From contig OX597818.1 of assembly GCA_951406725.2 (NCBI GenBank), positions 119,908,001-119,972,000 of the forward strand: DNA of 64,000 bases, read 5' to 3'. The position numbers were made by a program, and so were the translations under genes. Positions 1-13,513 of the stretch are shown one piece after another (within the stretch, counting starts at the first letter, position 1; each line of letters opens with the position of its first letter). The notes under the pieces were generated by a model, which saw only the letters and a list, made by a program, of their open reading frames with translations, searched no databases and was not told the DNA's origin. Origin of the DNA: Octopus vulgaris (Eukaryota).

Positions 1-133
1 GAAATGTTTCGCACACTTCGGATAAATTATGCATGCACGAACCCTGCTACCCACCCACATTTACACACATATAAACGTGTGTACATACATACACACACAG
101 CCACACATGACGTCCTGTACCCATATATGCATC

Positions 134-184
<51 letters not shown>

Positions 185-192
185 GGATTTCC

Positions 193-286
193 TATTTTCT
201 TCCTGAAGAGAAAGACACAATATGGTCCCATTATTCCATCGGATTTTGGTAATTTGTGCCTTTCGAAACACGTGTAGAATGAAATA
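193..286 (+). ncRNA. Minimal type I hammerhead ribozyme motif (Penelope-like element type)
   Basis: CTGAAGA (203-209), stem II GAAAGACACAA...TTGTGCCTTTC, GAAA (265-268), palindromic CACGTG, cleavage triplet GTA (274-276). Stem I TATTTTCTTC/GAATGAAATA pairs with one mismatch. Confidence 0.7.
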
Positions 287-352
287 AAACGATTTCTGTT
301 CAATCTGCGTTCAGCTCCATTTCTTCAATTCACCAATAATGTTTTTTATTTA

Positions 353-838
<486 letters not shown>

Positions 839-1057
839 CCAAGAAGAGAGAGAGAGAGACAGAGATGTTCAAAATATGTGTTAGGAAACGATATACAAAG
901 TAAAACTTGTTTACATTAAAGAAGATTCATAGTTGTAGATAGAACTTTTGCAAACATTGACATAATTAGCTCTTTGCCAATTAAGAAATGAATAAATGAT
1001 GCATGCCCCTTATATCGGTTTCTGTGCGTGTGTATGTGTACATATACATATGTACCT

Positions 1058-1376
1058 ATAAGAGCTCAAAATCTCTCGTGGAGGCGCCATCCAACCAAAA
1101 TGCAAATATATGGGAAACTACCACCTGTGTCATCTCTTGTGAAAGGTAAGAGAGTCCAGTTTGCTGGACATTGTTGTAGAGCTGAAAAAGAGGTAATTTC
1201 TACTCTTCTCCTCTGGAAGCCATACCAGAGGGCGCACACTCTCCTACCCTGATGTAATCTCCAGGGACACAGGCATCCAGCAACAGGACCTCCGTAATGC
1301 CATGATGGACCGTGAAGTCTGGCGTAACACAGAAAATTCCATTGTCTCGACCACGGTCGAACAATGTTGATGATGA
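1058..1376 (+). mobile_element. 3' end of RTE-clade LINE ORF2 with (TGA)n tail
   Basis: Translation RAQNLSWRRHPTKMQIYGKLPPVSSLVKGKRVQFAGHCCRAEKE resembles the RTE C-terminal R.L.FAGHC.R motif and ends in TGATGATGA. Confidence 0.75.
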
Positions 1377-1394
1377 CCTATAAACACACACATA

Positions 1395-1790
1395 GGCGCA
1401 GGAGTGGCTGTGTGGTAAGTAGCTTGCTAACCAACCACATGGTTCCGGGTTCACTCCCACTGCGTGGCATCTTGGGGAAGTGTCTTCTGCTATAGCCCCG
1501 GGCCGACCAATGCCTTGTGAGTGGATTTGGTAGACGGAAACTGAAAGAAGCCTGTCGTATATATGTATATATATATATGTGTGTGTATGTATTTGTGTGT
1601 CTGTGTTTGTCCCCCTAGCATTGCTTAACAACCGATGCTGGTGTGTTTACGTCCCCGTAACTTAGCGGTTCGGCAAAAGGGACCGATAGAATAAGTACTG
1701 GGCTTACAAAGAATAAGTCCCGGGGTCGATTTGCTCGACTAAAAGGCGGTGCTCCAGCATGGCCGCAGTCAAATGACTGAAACAAGTAAA
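1395..1790 (+). mobile_element. tRNA-derived SINE, family A (full length)
   Basis: Full head GGCGCAGGAGTGGCTGTGTGG through tail GACTGAAACAAGTAAAA. Confidence 0.92.
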
Positions 1791-1874
1791 AAAGAAAGAA
1801 AAAGAAAAGAATACGTCTATATAGTCGTCTCAGAATCTAAAGTCCGAAAAAACAAGCACTCATATTTATTAGTA

Positions 1875-2292
1875 GGCGTGACTGTGTGGTAAAAAGCTTG
1901 CTTCCCAACTACATGATTCCGGGTTCAGACCCACCGCCTGGACAAGTGTTGTCTACTATAGCTTTGGGGGTTAATGTTAACAAGGACTTGTTAACATTGG
2001 TCGCTTCGGGTCGACCAAAGCCTTGTTTGTAGGTTTGGTAGATAGAAAGTGGAAGAAACCCATCGTTTATATATGCGTGTATTATTGTGTGTGTGTGTTT
2101 GTCCCTCGACACCGCTTGATAACCGGTGATGGTGTATTTACGTCCCCGTAACCTAGCGGTTTGGTCAAAGTGGCTGATAGAATAAGTACCAGGCTCTAAA
2201 AAAAATAAGTACTGAGGTCGATTCGTTCGACTAAATTTTATTAAGGCGGTGTCTCAGTATGACCGCAGTCTAATGTCTGAAACAAGTAAAAG
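1875..2292 (+). mobile_element. Diverged family A SINE
   Basis: Colinear with 1395-1790 but more diverged, with a small internal hairpin insertion near 1962-1998. Confidence 0.8.
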
Positions 2293-3481
2293 ATATAATA
2301 ATATATTAATCGAAGCATACAGTATTACTGATCCATTTCGGTCGATCTTAGCAATCGGTTTGCACACGAATTCGGAAATTAGGTGTGTGTGTGTGTGTAT
2401 TTCCTGAGCGTCCAATAACACTAGACTTGTTCCACGTCCTCGCGTTGTTGTGCTTTCTCTTTGTTCATGTTTGGATTAACTCTCTGCCACTATCTGGCAT
2501 ATACAGGTGCTTACACTTATCAAGTATTCCCTCTAAACTTACAGTACCTATATATATATGTGTGTGTATATATATATATATCCTGGTGAAGGCCACTTTT
2601 TGGCGTATCTTTATGATCCAGACTTACACTCCCTCCATATTTTAAAGAGGTCATAGGCCAATAGGTTTGGAGATGGACGGGAAACTCAGGGTAACTCCAT
2701 AAACCGGCCTTCACCGGGAAAAAAATATAGACTGCTCTACCTCTTAGAATGTGCTTCTTCTCCGGATTTATGTTTTTGTAAAAACGATACACACACAAAC
2801 ATATCAGATGAAGTTCAGTTGTATTTAGTCATAATGTCATAGAAATACTTTTTGACAGTTCACATAAAACATGTGTTCTTAGCACACTTAAATGACTTCT
2901 TCACGATAATGCAACTGTTTCACTTTCAAAACATGGTCTCAGATGTGTAAGTGTATGTAATTGCGTGTATATGTGTATCTAAATATTCAATATATATATA
3001 TACATGAACGTAGTTATGCGTGTGTAAAGAGACAGGTAGTTAAAGTTAGATTAGGCCGATCTATGGGATTACCCCGGGTTTCACATCCATAAAGTGCTTG
3101 GCTTTACAGCATATTGTCAGATCCCAAACGTGTTTGGCTCATGTGTACATATATATATATATATATAGGTATAATTATATAAAGTTGTGAAAATCCAAAG
3201 TCGGGGTAGAAATCTATAGTTATGCTTATATATATATGCTCACCAAGTATTAATAAGCAAAAATAAACTCATATATTTAGGTGATAAAGTGGGCATATTA
3301 ATGATAATGATTATATAATATACATGTGTGTAATTCAAAGAAAGACAATTATTTGCAAAAAAATAATTACATTCCACAGAAAAAGAAAGGCTAAATGAAG
3401 AGTTAAGAGATGTCAGGGAGAAAGAAGCGACATGAACAATATGAGATGGAACCGAGTGTGGATAAATTGTATAAATCTTAC

Positions 3482-3765
3482 GTACTTATTATTCCAGCTG
3501 TATATGTAGGCTCCGGTTCAATTGGAGAGAAACCACTTGTAGAACTAGAGACATCAGTGACAGTGTCGGAGCGATCGTCACGTTTGGACGTCTGAGATGA
3601 CGATGCCATGCTGCCGGTTGCGGACCTTGCATTCGGCTGAGGGAAGAAACTGAGGCACCGACTGATGAATGTGGTGGTGGCGGGAAGAAGGGCAGCAACG
3701 GAGGGGGTGCGAAAGAAAATATGACCTAATGGTTTATGTAAAGGTGAAAACATAAATCGAGTCAT
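3482..3765 (-). CDS. Probable first coding exon of an unidentified gene, N-terminus resembling a mitochondrial presequence
   Basis: Repeat-free, CpG-rich ORF MTRFMFSPLHKPLGHIFFRTPSVAALL...EPEPTYTAGII ending at GT donors (GTACGT at 3485 or GTAAGA at 3481). Downstream exons were not found in the window. Confidence 0.6.
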
Positions 3766-4125
3766 TTGATTTAGGATTGTCTTTAAATGCTTTCTTTCGT
3801 GGGCGTTTTATCGTTCATTGTAGCTGTTGCATAAATAGAATTCCATGTATTAAATTTGATAAAAGAATGGTCGAAACTTAATGTGAAAGTTCCAAAGTAA
3901 ATAAACAATGTTGGTAAGGAGAAGAGAGCACGGCGAGTGAGTCATCTCCCTTGGTGTTTTAGAGCTCTGGAAAAAAAGAAATTAAAAAAGTTAAGCGAGA
4001 AGTAAATAAAGATGAATGGGAAGACGGAAGGATGGTTGAGAAAGAACATGTTTAGGTGATATAAACATCGGAGACGCTTTGCCATACGCAGAAACTGCAG
4101 GAGCTACTCAGAGGTATTGCAAGCT

Positions 4126-4357
4126 CGGCGGAGGTAAAGAATACGTACACCACCCGTTTTCGGCGTAACAAAAACCCTAGCTGTTGTCTTATAATTTAAC
4201 ACGCTCACCGGTAAAATTTCCACTTATTTCTTATTTTTATTTTCTTAAAATTTTCGTTGCGTCCTGCAACCTTTTTAATAGTCTTGACCAAATCCAAAAA
4301 CGAAAAACCCTAGCCCTAACCCTAAACACCGGGTGTACGTATTCTTTACTTTCGCCG
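4126..4357. mobile_element. Small inverted-repeat element (MITE-like) with (CCCTAA)-like internal repeats, interrupted by a 121-bp insertion
   Basis: Termini GGCGGAGGTAAAGAATACGTACAC / GTGTACGTATTCTTTACTTTCGCC. Insertion 4182-4302 is flanked by a 12-bp duplication AAAAACCCTAGC. Confidence 0.6.
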
Positions 4358-5397
4358 CAAGCTCTCCTGGCTCCATCGCAATATTAAAAAACCTGTCCGT
4401 ATCATCAACAGGTATCTCAGTGTCACAAACGTTTCGCTCCATACTCTATAGGCTTCGCCTGAGTGCAACTGACAGCGGGGACTAAATCAGTCTTCGCCTG
4501 CGGAAGGGTTCAACTTGAGGTCTCTTATCAACCATAGCTACTTTTATATATAATTTAATTTAATATAGTTAGTGCATCGGTAAATAGTAGGACTTGGCTA
4601 TGATAGACTCCCAAAGAAAGTCCTATTCTTGCAACAGACTAATGGCTATCGAAACATTAGTAAATCTAAATTGAGACTGAAGACACTGTCAAGCGGAACT
4701 CTATCCCCACCGACAAGTGGAGCCAACTAACCAGTGATCACTCTGGAGAAATTTAGTTCATCAAGTCAATCATAGTCGTTGACGACGGACCAGAATTAGT
4801 AAGTACAAAAACTGACACTTCGTTCCTATAAAAGTGAAAAAATTTACTTTGTCAGAAGCTAATGTTTACTACTTCAAATACTAGAGTTGTTTACATGGTT
4901 GATCTTTCGCTTAAAAAAATCGCCGTTTTCATGGATTAAAAGTGTTAGTTTTATAATTTTTTGAAAACAAATAATAATAATAATATATAATGTCTTTGAA
5001 TATATCTTCAAATCCATCGTTAAAAAAGGTATAACGCCACGTAATCCCGATTAAATAAGAACTGTATGTAATGTGTACTAATGTCTCTTTTAGTTCTTCG
5101 TTTAGCACACGTCCACAGCTCATGAACATAGTTGGCAGCTGCATGTGTAACTGGATCGATGAAGTGAATGATTGACCCTTAAGTGCTGAACATCAATTTG
5201 ATTGCAAATTCGAATGCGATGAAGAAAGCTTTAATTTTGCATTCAAGTATTTACAATTAATAATTCTAATCCTCTTCTATTAACTAACATTCGATACATT
5301 TGGATAGATAATAGCCATGCTTTGCTTACGTAAGGAATATAATCAAAATGTTTGGCAGATTCTAGAAACACAATATTAACGTCACAAAATTATAGTA

Positions 5398-6595
5398 TTG
5401 TGTCATCCCATAAATAATGCGGTTTTTTCACTTGCATGAACTAAAAGTCGGAGGGGGACGGGATAAACTATCTGCATCAACTTGCTATCAAAACAGGTAG
5501 TAATTTTACCTTGTACTTAGTCTTGATGCAAGTTTTGAAAAGTGCTGTTCGATTTTAATAATTATTTTTTAAGAGCTATAATGGAATTCACAAAGGAGCA
5601 TATTTTGCTTTATGAGTTCAATAAAGGCATCAACGCAACGGAAAGTGCAAAGGATATTAATGCAATATATGGGATCAGACAATAAATGTAAGCCAGTGTC
5701 AACAGTGGTTCCAGAAATTCTGAGCCAGAAACTACAGCCTAGATGAGACTCATTCTGGAAGATCTGTAAAGCTCAATGAAAACATCCTGTAAACCCAGGT
5801 GGAACAAAATCCTATCATAACTGTTGAGGAACTTAGAAGAGAAGCTTGGATTTGGTCATTCAACCATTCATCAACCCCAGCATGCCATCGGAAAAGTCAG
5901 CAAATTAGGTCGATGGGTTTATGAATCGTGCACAGAGAGTGAATGTGGGCTCTTCTTTGCTGGCACGTCCCACAAATGAACCTTTTTTTGGACTGAGTAG
6001 TGACTGATGACGAGAAATGGGTTCTCTATAAAAATGGCAAGCGCCGAAGAAAGTGGGTTGGGAAAGGAGAAATACTGGCACCCCAGGTTAAACATGGTCT
6101 TCACCCATGTAAGGTGTTATCTGTTTGGTGGGATATGAAAGATTTAGTCCACTTTGAACTTTAAGCCCAAACCAAATAACAAAGGAGATCAATTGCGAAC
6201 AGCTTGAGCAGGTTAAGTCAGTGCTAGAAGGAAAATGACCATCTTTGGTTCTTCCATCAGGATAATGCTCGGTCACATACAGCGAGGGTGACATTGCAAA
6301 ATCTGGAGCAGTTTGAATAGGAAACAATGCCCCACCCACCATAATCGCTGGACATTGCCCCATCTGATTATCATTTATTCTGCAGTCTTCAAAATCATTT
6401 GGACAGAAAAAATATGAATTCTGTAGATGAGGTCAAAACAGTACTTAGGAGTATTTTTTGTCATGAACAAGTGAATTTTGGAAGGGCCTTGCAAGTCAAT
6501 CAGATAGATGGAAGAGCATTGTAGAAAATATTTTAGATTAAAAAAGAACTTTATCTTAATTTTGAAAAACAAACATTATTTATGGGATGACTGAA
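5398..6595 (+). mobile_element. Near full-length degenerate mariner (DD34D-type) transposon
   Basis: TA-flanked TIRs TTGTGTCATCCCATAAATAATG / CATTATTTATGGGATGACTGAA. Broken transposase from ATG 5581 (MEFTKEHILLYEFNKG) with VTDDEKW, HQDNARSH and HPP*SLDIAPSDYHLF motifs; stops and frameshifts present. Confidence 0.92.
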
Positions 6596-6734
6596 TATTT
6601 TACCCGTTCCATTTCATAACAAAAACATTGTTTTACAAAGAAGTCATTTTTACTTTCCAGCTTCTAAACCTTGTACTTTTGGTAAGGTAAACCCTTTCAT
6701 TGGGAGAAGGGCTAAACAACAACAAAAACAAGAA

Positions 6735-7568
6735 CCCCTTAATGGATCAATTATTTTGACAGGGCGTTTCATTTTTTTATTTCCTTTTTTAATTATATAC
6801 ACTGTGTTAATTACAAAAAAAAATTTTTTTGTCTTGTTTCCGTTATTTTTTATTATAGAAATTAAAATGTACGTTTACTCATTTGGATTTAAATGAGTTA
6901 ACATTGATAAAATACATATAACTTAACTATCTTCGATTTTTTTATAAGATGTATTGCTTTTAAATCAAAGGAAAATTTTTTTTAAAGGAGATGCACAATT
7001 TCTTTAGAATGATAATTTTTAAAACAAGGAGTTACACAAAATTATCTCGCAGACATCACACATGTATCTGCTTTCTCTTTGAATCTTCTTTCCTCTAGCG
7101 TCTCTCTTCACTGCGCATTTTGCACACTGTCTTGTAGGGTTCTTTTTCTTATCACTTGCTGGTATTTCCATGGGAAAATGACCAGCTGGGGCAAATCTTG
7201 TTGGATATGGGATCGATGATGGTTTTCCTGGTTTTGTGGGAGGCAATAAGGGCCTATATTTTTCAATAATCTTGGTGATTATTTGCATTCTAAATTTCAG
7301 CGGTTTCATAGCAGAAGCTGAAGATTCCAAAGATGCTTTATACAAAACATAAGCATTCCAGATAGCCAAATCCATCAAATGAAAAAATACCTTTTTTTTC
7401 TTAAACAACGCGAGTAAATTCATGATTGCTCAAAAAATGAAACGACACAAAACAAATAAACTCGTTGAGGGCTAAAATTAAAAGTTAATTTTGACAGAGT
7501 ATACTCGTCTGGTTCTAAAAAGATACATTTGCGATGCACGAGTAAACTCGGGATAATCCATTAAGGGG
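6735..7568 (-). mobile_element. Internally deleted piggyBac element retaining the transposase C-terminus
   Basis: 13-bp TIRs CCCCTTAATGGAT/ATCCATTAAGGGG with TTAA on the right flank. ORF 7019-7423 reads FFHLMDLAIWNAYVLY...HFPMEIP...RQCAKC...ESRYMCDVCEIILC, the piggyBac Cys-rich domain. Confidence 0.88.
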
Positions 7569-7784
7569 TTAAGATGCTGGAGGAAAGACATTCTCAGACT
7601 GCTCTTACTACATACACACCACAGAATAAATCACTGCATGTCATAGTACATAATAATGGCTCTCTACAAAGCAAGAAATATTCAGAGGATATTTGTAATT
7701 AACCAATCAATGGTTCACTACATTTCTGACTGTAAAATTAATAAGGTAGCATCTTTAGCTTGATGGCTTTTGTTCAAACCCACA

Positions 7785-8283
7785 TGGTTTTAGGTTTAGT
7801 CCCACTACATGGTACATTGGGTAAGCATCTTCTGCTGTAGCCTCAGGCTGACCAAAGCCTTAAGTGGATTTGGTAGATGGAAACTGAAAGAAGCCCATCA
7901 TGTGTATCTTTTATCTTTTACTTGTTTCAGTCATTTGACTGCGGCCATGCTGGAGCACCGCCTTTAGTCAAGCAAATCAACCCCCAGGACTTATTCTTTG
8001 TAAGCCTAGTACTTATTTTATCTGTCTGTTTTGCTGAACTGCTAAGTTACGGGGACGTAAACACACCAGCATCGGTTGTCAAGCACAGACACACAAACAT
8101 ATACACACACATATATACATACAATGGGCTTCTTTCAGTTTCTGTCTACCAAATCCACTCACAAGGCTTTGGTTGGCCCAAGGCTATAGTAGAAGACAAT
8201 TGCCCAAGGTGCTATGCAGTGGGACTGAACCCAGAACTATGTGGTTGGTAAGCAAGCTACTTACCACACAGCTACTCCTATGC
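7785..8283. mobile_element. Two family A SINEs in opposite orientation (+ partial 7785-7900; - 7915-8283)
   Basis: Both match family A consensus motifs and are adjacent and inverted. Confidence 0.85.
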
Positions 8284-9861
8284 CTATTGTATGTGTGTGT
8301 GTATATATATATATATGTACATGTGTTACTGTCTCCTGGCCTTAACATCATGTGATAGTTGTATGTACTCAATAGGTAGTGTCCTTTGTTTCCAATCTTC
8401 CAAGACATCTGGTTATGGGGAAAATATTACCTTAATTGGAAACAGGTGAGGATTGGAAAATCTGCCTCAACTAATTCCATCCAATCTACGAAAGTGTGAA
8501 AAAGTGAATGCTAAACGATGATGATGATATTTACATTCTTCAACAGATAAACATACAAATGACAGGATTCTGCACAATTTTCATATATTAAATTCCAATC
8601 ACGGTGTATTGGTTTAGTGTGAGACCCATGATAGAAAATACTTGGTCAGATGCTGAGCATTGAGATTGAACCCAGAACCATGCAGTTATAAACTACACAA
8701 CCATACCTGCACCTTACCCATGTATCACTGACCAGCTTATAATCTGAGCTGGAGTTAGCTTAACTTTAACATTTATTCTATTTTTACTTTTGCATGGATT
8801 GCTTAGTTACCATTTCTTTTTTTGCTGTTTTTTAATGAAAGGAAGAGCCTAAAATATAAAGGACTTAAGGGGATCATGTCAGAGATAAGGATGACAGTTA
8901 TACCATGCTTCAAGTAGAGGCGAGACATCATAGGTTTGTATTTAAATCCACAGTGTCCTGCCTGGTTAGCATCACACTTAGAGAGGACAGCAAAGCAGTG
9001 ATTTGTGAACAGCAGAAAGAAGAAAAATTTTCGTCATGGATATCACAAAGGCATATGAGAGGAAGACTGAAGCTGAGAGCTAAGAACAAATATCCTCAGT
9101 GAAGAGTAAAGCAAAAAAAGTTGCTTATGACTGAAATGCATGTGGAAACTTTATGGATGGCAAAGAAAAAAATGCTTGCCTCAATAGTGGGTAAAAAAAT
9201 TAAAAGGTTACTTCCTGATAGCATAAACACTGTTCAGGTATGACTTTAAATTATATCCTGTAGTGGGACCTTAGCTTAGGAGTTTCAAGGTTTTGAAGAG
9301 TTTGGAACCACTATTGTCCCCAAAACTAGTCTGACCTAGAGTAGAAGCACTTGTCAGGGTCCTAGCTATGGGTTAATTAGCATATTAGGGCTTGCCTGCT
9401 TATGTATGTGAAGACTGGATACTGCAGACTGTGTGGAAGAAATTTTCATGGTTCAAGAGACAGGAAGGTGGTTGCAGCAACACTTTGTTGAGTTCAAAGA
9501 GTAAAATAAGGCAAGTCAGACATCTTAGACATCCTCTGCGTCTGCCTCCATCTCCAACTGACTTGACCAAATCTTTGCCAGTGGAGTGAAGATGGTCACA
9601 GACAAGAGAGTGCAGTTGACAATGCACAACTCTTCTTCACTTAAAAGAAAGTCATTTGCACAAGTCATCAGTCATCGTCAAGATGATCAGATGGTCCTTA
9701 TTGCTACAACAGACAAACACAGTGATTACCTGGCACCATGGAGCCAATATTGTTGAGAAGGTGACAATCACTGAGACTTCCAGTCAGCAGCTGATAAAAG
9801 AGTGTCCAGCCATGTACATTGTATGAAAAGTATAAGGAGCTCCCTAAACACAACATTCACA

Positions 9862-10200
9862 TGTTCAGTCTCACTGCGTGGGACCTTGGGCAAGTGTCTT
9901 CTACTATAGCCTCGGGCCAACCAAAGCCTTGAGAGTGGATTTGGTAGGCAGAAACTGAAAGAAGCCCATCGTATATATGTGTGTGTGTGTGTGTATATAT
10001 AATATGTATGTATGTTTGTGTGTCTGTTTGTCCTCCCAACATCGCTTGACAACCGATGCTGGTGTGTTTACGTCCCCGTAACTTAGTGGTTCGGCAAAAG
10101 AGACCAATAGAATAAGTACTAGGCTAACAAAGAATAAGTCCTGGGGTCAGCTTGCTCGACTAAAGGCGGTGCTCCACAAATGACTGAAACAAGTAAAAGA
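9862..10200 (+). mobile_element. 5'-truncated family A SINE
   Basis: Matches family A from the B-box to the tail. Confidence 0.88.
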
Positions 10201-11523
10201 GTATTAAAATATATTAATTTATTAAAAGTTATACAACCTGTTATTTCAAACAATTTTCCAAGAAATTTATGTTCTTCATTTTTAACAGAAATTTATTTAA
10301 TTTCATAAAATTCTATTTTGGAAAATATTTTTATTCTCATTTAGATTGAAATGAAGTCAAATAGTAATAAATAGACAAAGAGGTAGAGAAATGTATAAAT
10401 AATTCAACAATATTTTGAAAACAAGTGACAGAAAAGAAAATTTCACATAAATCATTCTGTATCTTTAGCAAGTATTTCATTTTGGGACACAAACATGATG
10501 GTTCTTAATAGAACCATTTTTACTCTGTAATTCCAGGTAGGGAAAGAGAGGAGTGGGGACAGGAAGATAGATGGGAGCTAGCAAATGTATATGTAAATGT
10601 AGTAATGCACTGTGCATTTACAGAATCAGTATGTACCAGGTGTACATTAAGTAAGTATGTAATGGATTTTATATGGTTTCGTAGTGTGTCTGGCATTTTA
10701 TATAATTTTTGAATATATATGATACTGGAGTGTTTGTATCGGTATTCTTCAACTGGACTGCTACAATATCTTGGAATGCAACTAATTTTAACTTAGTGGT
10801 GCTTTAAGATCTGCAATGATCCTTTACAAATTTGGGACATTAATGCTAGAAATTCTAAAGAGTTAACTCTGAAGTGAATATATAAGACTTATAAAGTACA
10901 TTCATTGACAACGGACTCAATGAAACAAATTTTCTGTTGTGTGTGTATGTGTATGTGTGTGTGATTCACCAATATTCAGAACATAGCTTCTAACAATAAA
11001 TTAACATGCAGCTATTTTTTTGGTTTTTTTTCTTTTTTTTCATATATACATCCTGTGGCTTGCTACTAATTATTATAAATGAATAAATAAAAGCAGCATT
11101 ATTGTACATGCATAATTAAATAGAACTTGAAATACAACAAAGTAAAACTTTAAAAAAAAAAAATTGTTTCTGTCTGGAAAAAATAAATACCACAGTTTTT
11201 GTAAGGGCATGTTTTTTTTTTTTTAGTTTTCTCCTTATCATTATTAATTAATTATTATTATTTGTTTGTTTTTTTTGGTTATTTTTCTTATTTCCTGTTA
11301 CATTTACTTTTGACAGTGTAACACCATCTGTGATCTTAGACTGTATCCAAAAATATGTAGATCATTCTATTCTGTAAGAACTCGATAGGAGACCAAATTA
11401 ACAACACCAAAGAGATTATTGCTGTTTAAGTCACCTATTAAGACCGGGAAAGCTTTTTGTTGTTGATAAATGTTAACAGAAGTGCTGGTCTGAATCAGTA
11501 TTAGACTAGATATCTCTCACTGT

Positions 11524-11553
11524 TCAATACGGAGAATATTTCACCAGAAAGTT
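11524..11553 (-). CDS. TCFL5/SOHLH-like bHLH factor, probable terminal coding exon (NFLVKYSPY*)
   Basis: Strong polypyrimidine acceptor TTTTTTGTTTTCAG, phase 0 matching the upstream exon. Followed by about 1.3 kb of repeat-free AT-rich sequence consistent with a 3' UTR. Confidence 0.6.
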   Translation of the reverse strand, partial: NFLVKYSPY

Positions 11554-13513
11554 CTGAAAACAAAAAATAAAGAAAAGTGAAAGGAAAATTTTAAATGTTT
11601 TCACTGCTTGAAACATGACAGAAAAAGTGTTCATTAAAAAAATTTAAGCCTGTATCCAGTACAAGAAACATTTCGTAATTAAAAGCTTAAAACCAACAGA
11701 AACAATTACTGGAGCAAAAACAACTGTTTACTTGACCTGCTAGAAATAGCAGCCAAATTTCCCTCAAATCACTCCATACAATATTTTAAAAAATTTTAAA
11801 TCGAATAATTTAGACATATGTATACATATACCTCACACACAGTGTCCAAAAATTGAAAATTGATAAAAGAGGTAATTTTTATATATATATATATATAGGA
11901 TATGAAGGATAAGACTTGTGTAACAGGAGGAGTGATAGGTGCAAAAAGTGGGTTTACACAAAGACAGTTTACAATTAAAAGAGAAGAGACCATTGCCAAA
12001 GTAGTAAGAATCAGAAAGAAGACATAACTTGAAGGCTAATAATTTACTGAGTGACTGATGATTGAAATAATGATCATCAAAGACAGCAATCCATGCCTTT
12101 TTTTTTTTGTTACCCCACAGACCAGTTTCACGCAACACAACTTTTCCATCAACTGGGAGATCATGCATGGCACAAAGTATAATAAAGTGCATATTAAATA
12201 ATTTAATTATTACATATATCATCATCATCATCCTTTATGGGTTGGACAGTTTGACCAGAACAAGCAAACTGGAGAGCTGTACCAGGTTCCAGTCTGATTT
12301 GACTTGGTTTCTATGGCTGGATGCCCTTCGTAATGTCAATATATATTACATAATACATACACAGACTGCGATAATCAATATCAAAGTCTGCCATAGTCAA
12401 TAAAATAGAAATTGAATTTTAAAAATAACTATTTGTGACAGAAGCTGTATTAGTGCCAAAAGGCAAACTTTATATCCAACTCAATGTGAATGTCTTGTTA
12501 GAATACTAAATACTGTGGTTGGGGCCTTGAAAGGTCCTCTCATATAGGTGAATGGTTCATAAAAGCACAGACTTATAATGTAGCAGATGAGAATCATCTG
12601 TTATGGACAGCAGAATTGCCAGACCACATGATTTCAGTCTGCTGGACTTCTTCAGAAGGAGGTGTCCAGTGACCACATACCAGCAAATCTCACTTCCACA
12701 ATATACAGAATTTCAGAGAGTTTTCAATCAATGATGCCACAAATAGCCAGCTGGCTTAAAAAGAAATAATTATAATTAATGAAAGCAATATTAGTACCAA
12801 AAAGTATTATTCTTATTGAGTGGTCCTGAACTTAAGGACATTAAGAAGATAAGGTCTGATGGTGCACAGATCTTAGTGTGCGTGCAGGATTCAAGCAGAG
12901 AATATCTACGACTTATACAATTCAAGAACTATTTCAGGACTGAAGGTTATCTAGCATTTATAAAGGAAACAAATCTTTTGAAGCAGTTATAGATACGTAG
13001 TAAAGGTGCACAGTCTAGTGGTAGGGTGTTTGGTTCATGATCAACAAGTCATAATTTTAATTTCTGGACTATGCTTGAACATTTCATATTAATTCAGTCT
13101 ACCCAGCTGCAATGTATAGCCCTCTCACTCTCTAGTTGTCATCTCATGGATGTTTCACTAGGTCAAGAAGTGGTGAAAGGAATACTTGCTTACGATTACA
13201 TAATGACCTACAACAACAATTAGAGACAGTTGGTGCATATTACCAAGCTATATCTGCTTGCAAATGACATCTGGCCATACATATTTATTGATGTATGGTC
13301 AGCCTGAAAGAAGGTCATCAAAGATTATAAAGAATCTGCAAAAGAAAATTGGGTTTTTTAGCTGTTGTACCGAGTAGTAGTGAGAATATAATAAAGCTAT
13401 ACAAGCTGTATATCTTTCTTGAGTATTGTAGGTTTGATTTCCTGAGATGTGTGAATGAGACTGAGTTGTTGAGAGCTCATATTTTCACAGCTAACCCAGT
13501 CCAGTCCTCTGGA

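Noticed and set aside
1200-1631. Recurrent ORF family 'DGLLSVSVYQIHSQGFGRPEAIVEDTCPRC' seen more than ten times
   Set aside because: Antisense reading of family A SINE copies; frames break differently in each copy.
4395-4710. Partial hammerhead-like words (GAAACGTT on minus near 4430; CTGAAGA at 4677)
   Set aside because: Could not assemble a complete core with paired stems.
8900-9850. Possible decayed LINE coding sequence
   Set aside because: No recognisable RT or endonuclease motif could be read by eye.
12360-12880. Possible Tc1-like relic (PDFSLLDFF-like motif near 12620)
   Set aside because: Too degenerate to define TIRs or boundaries.
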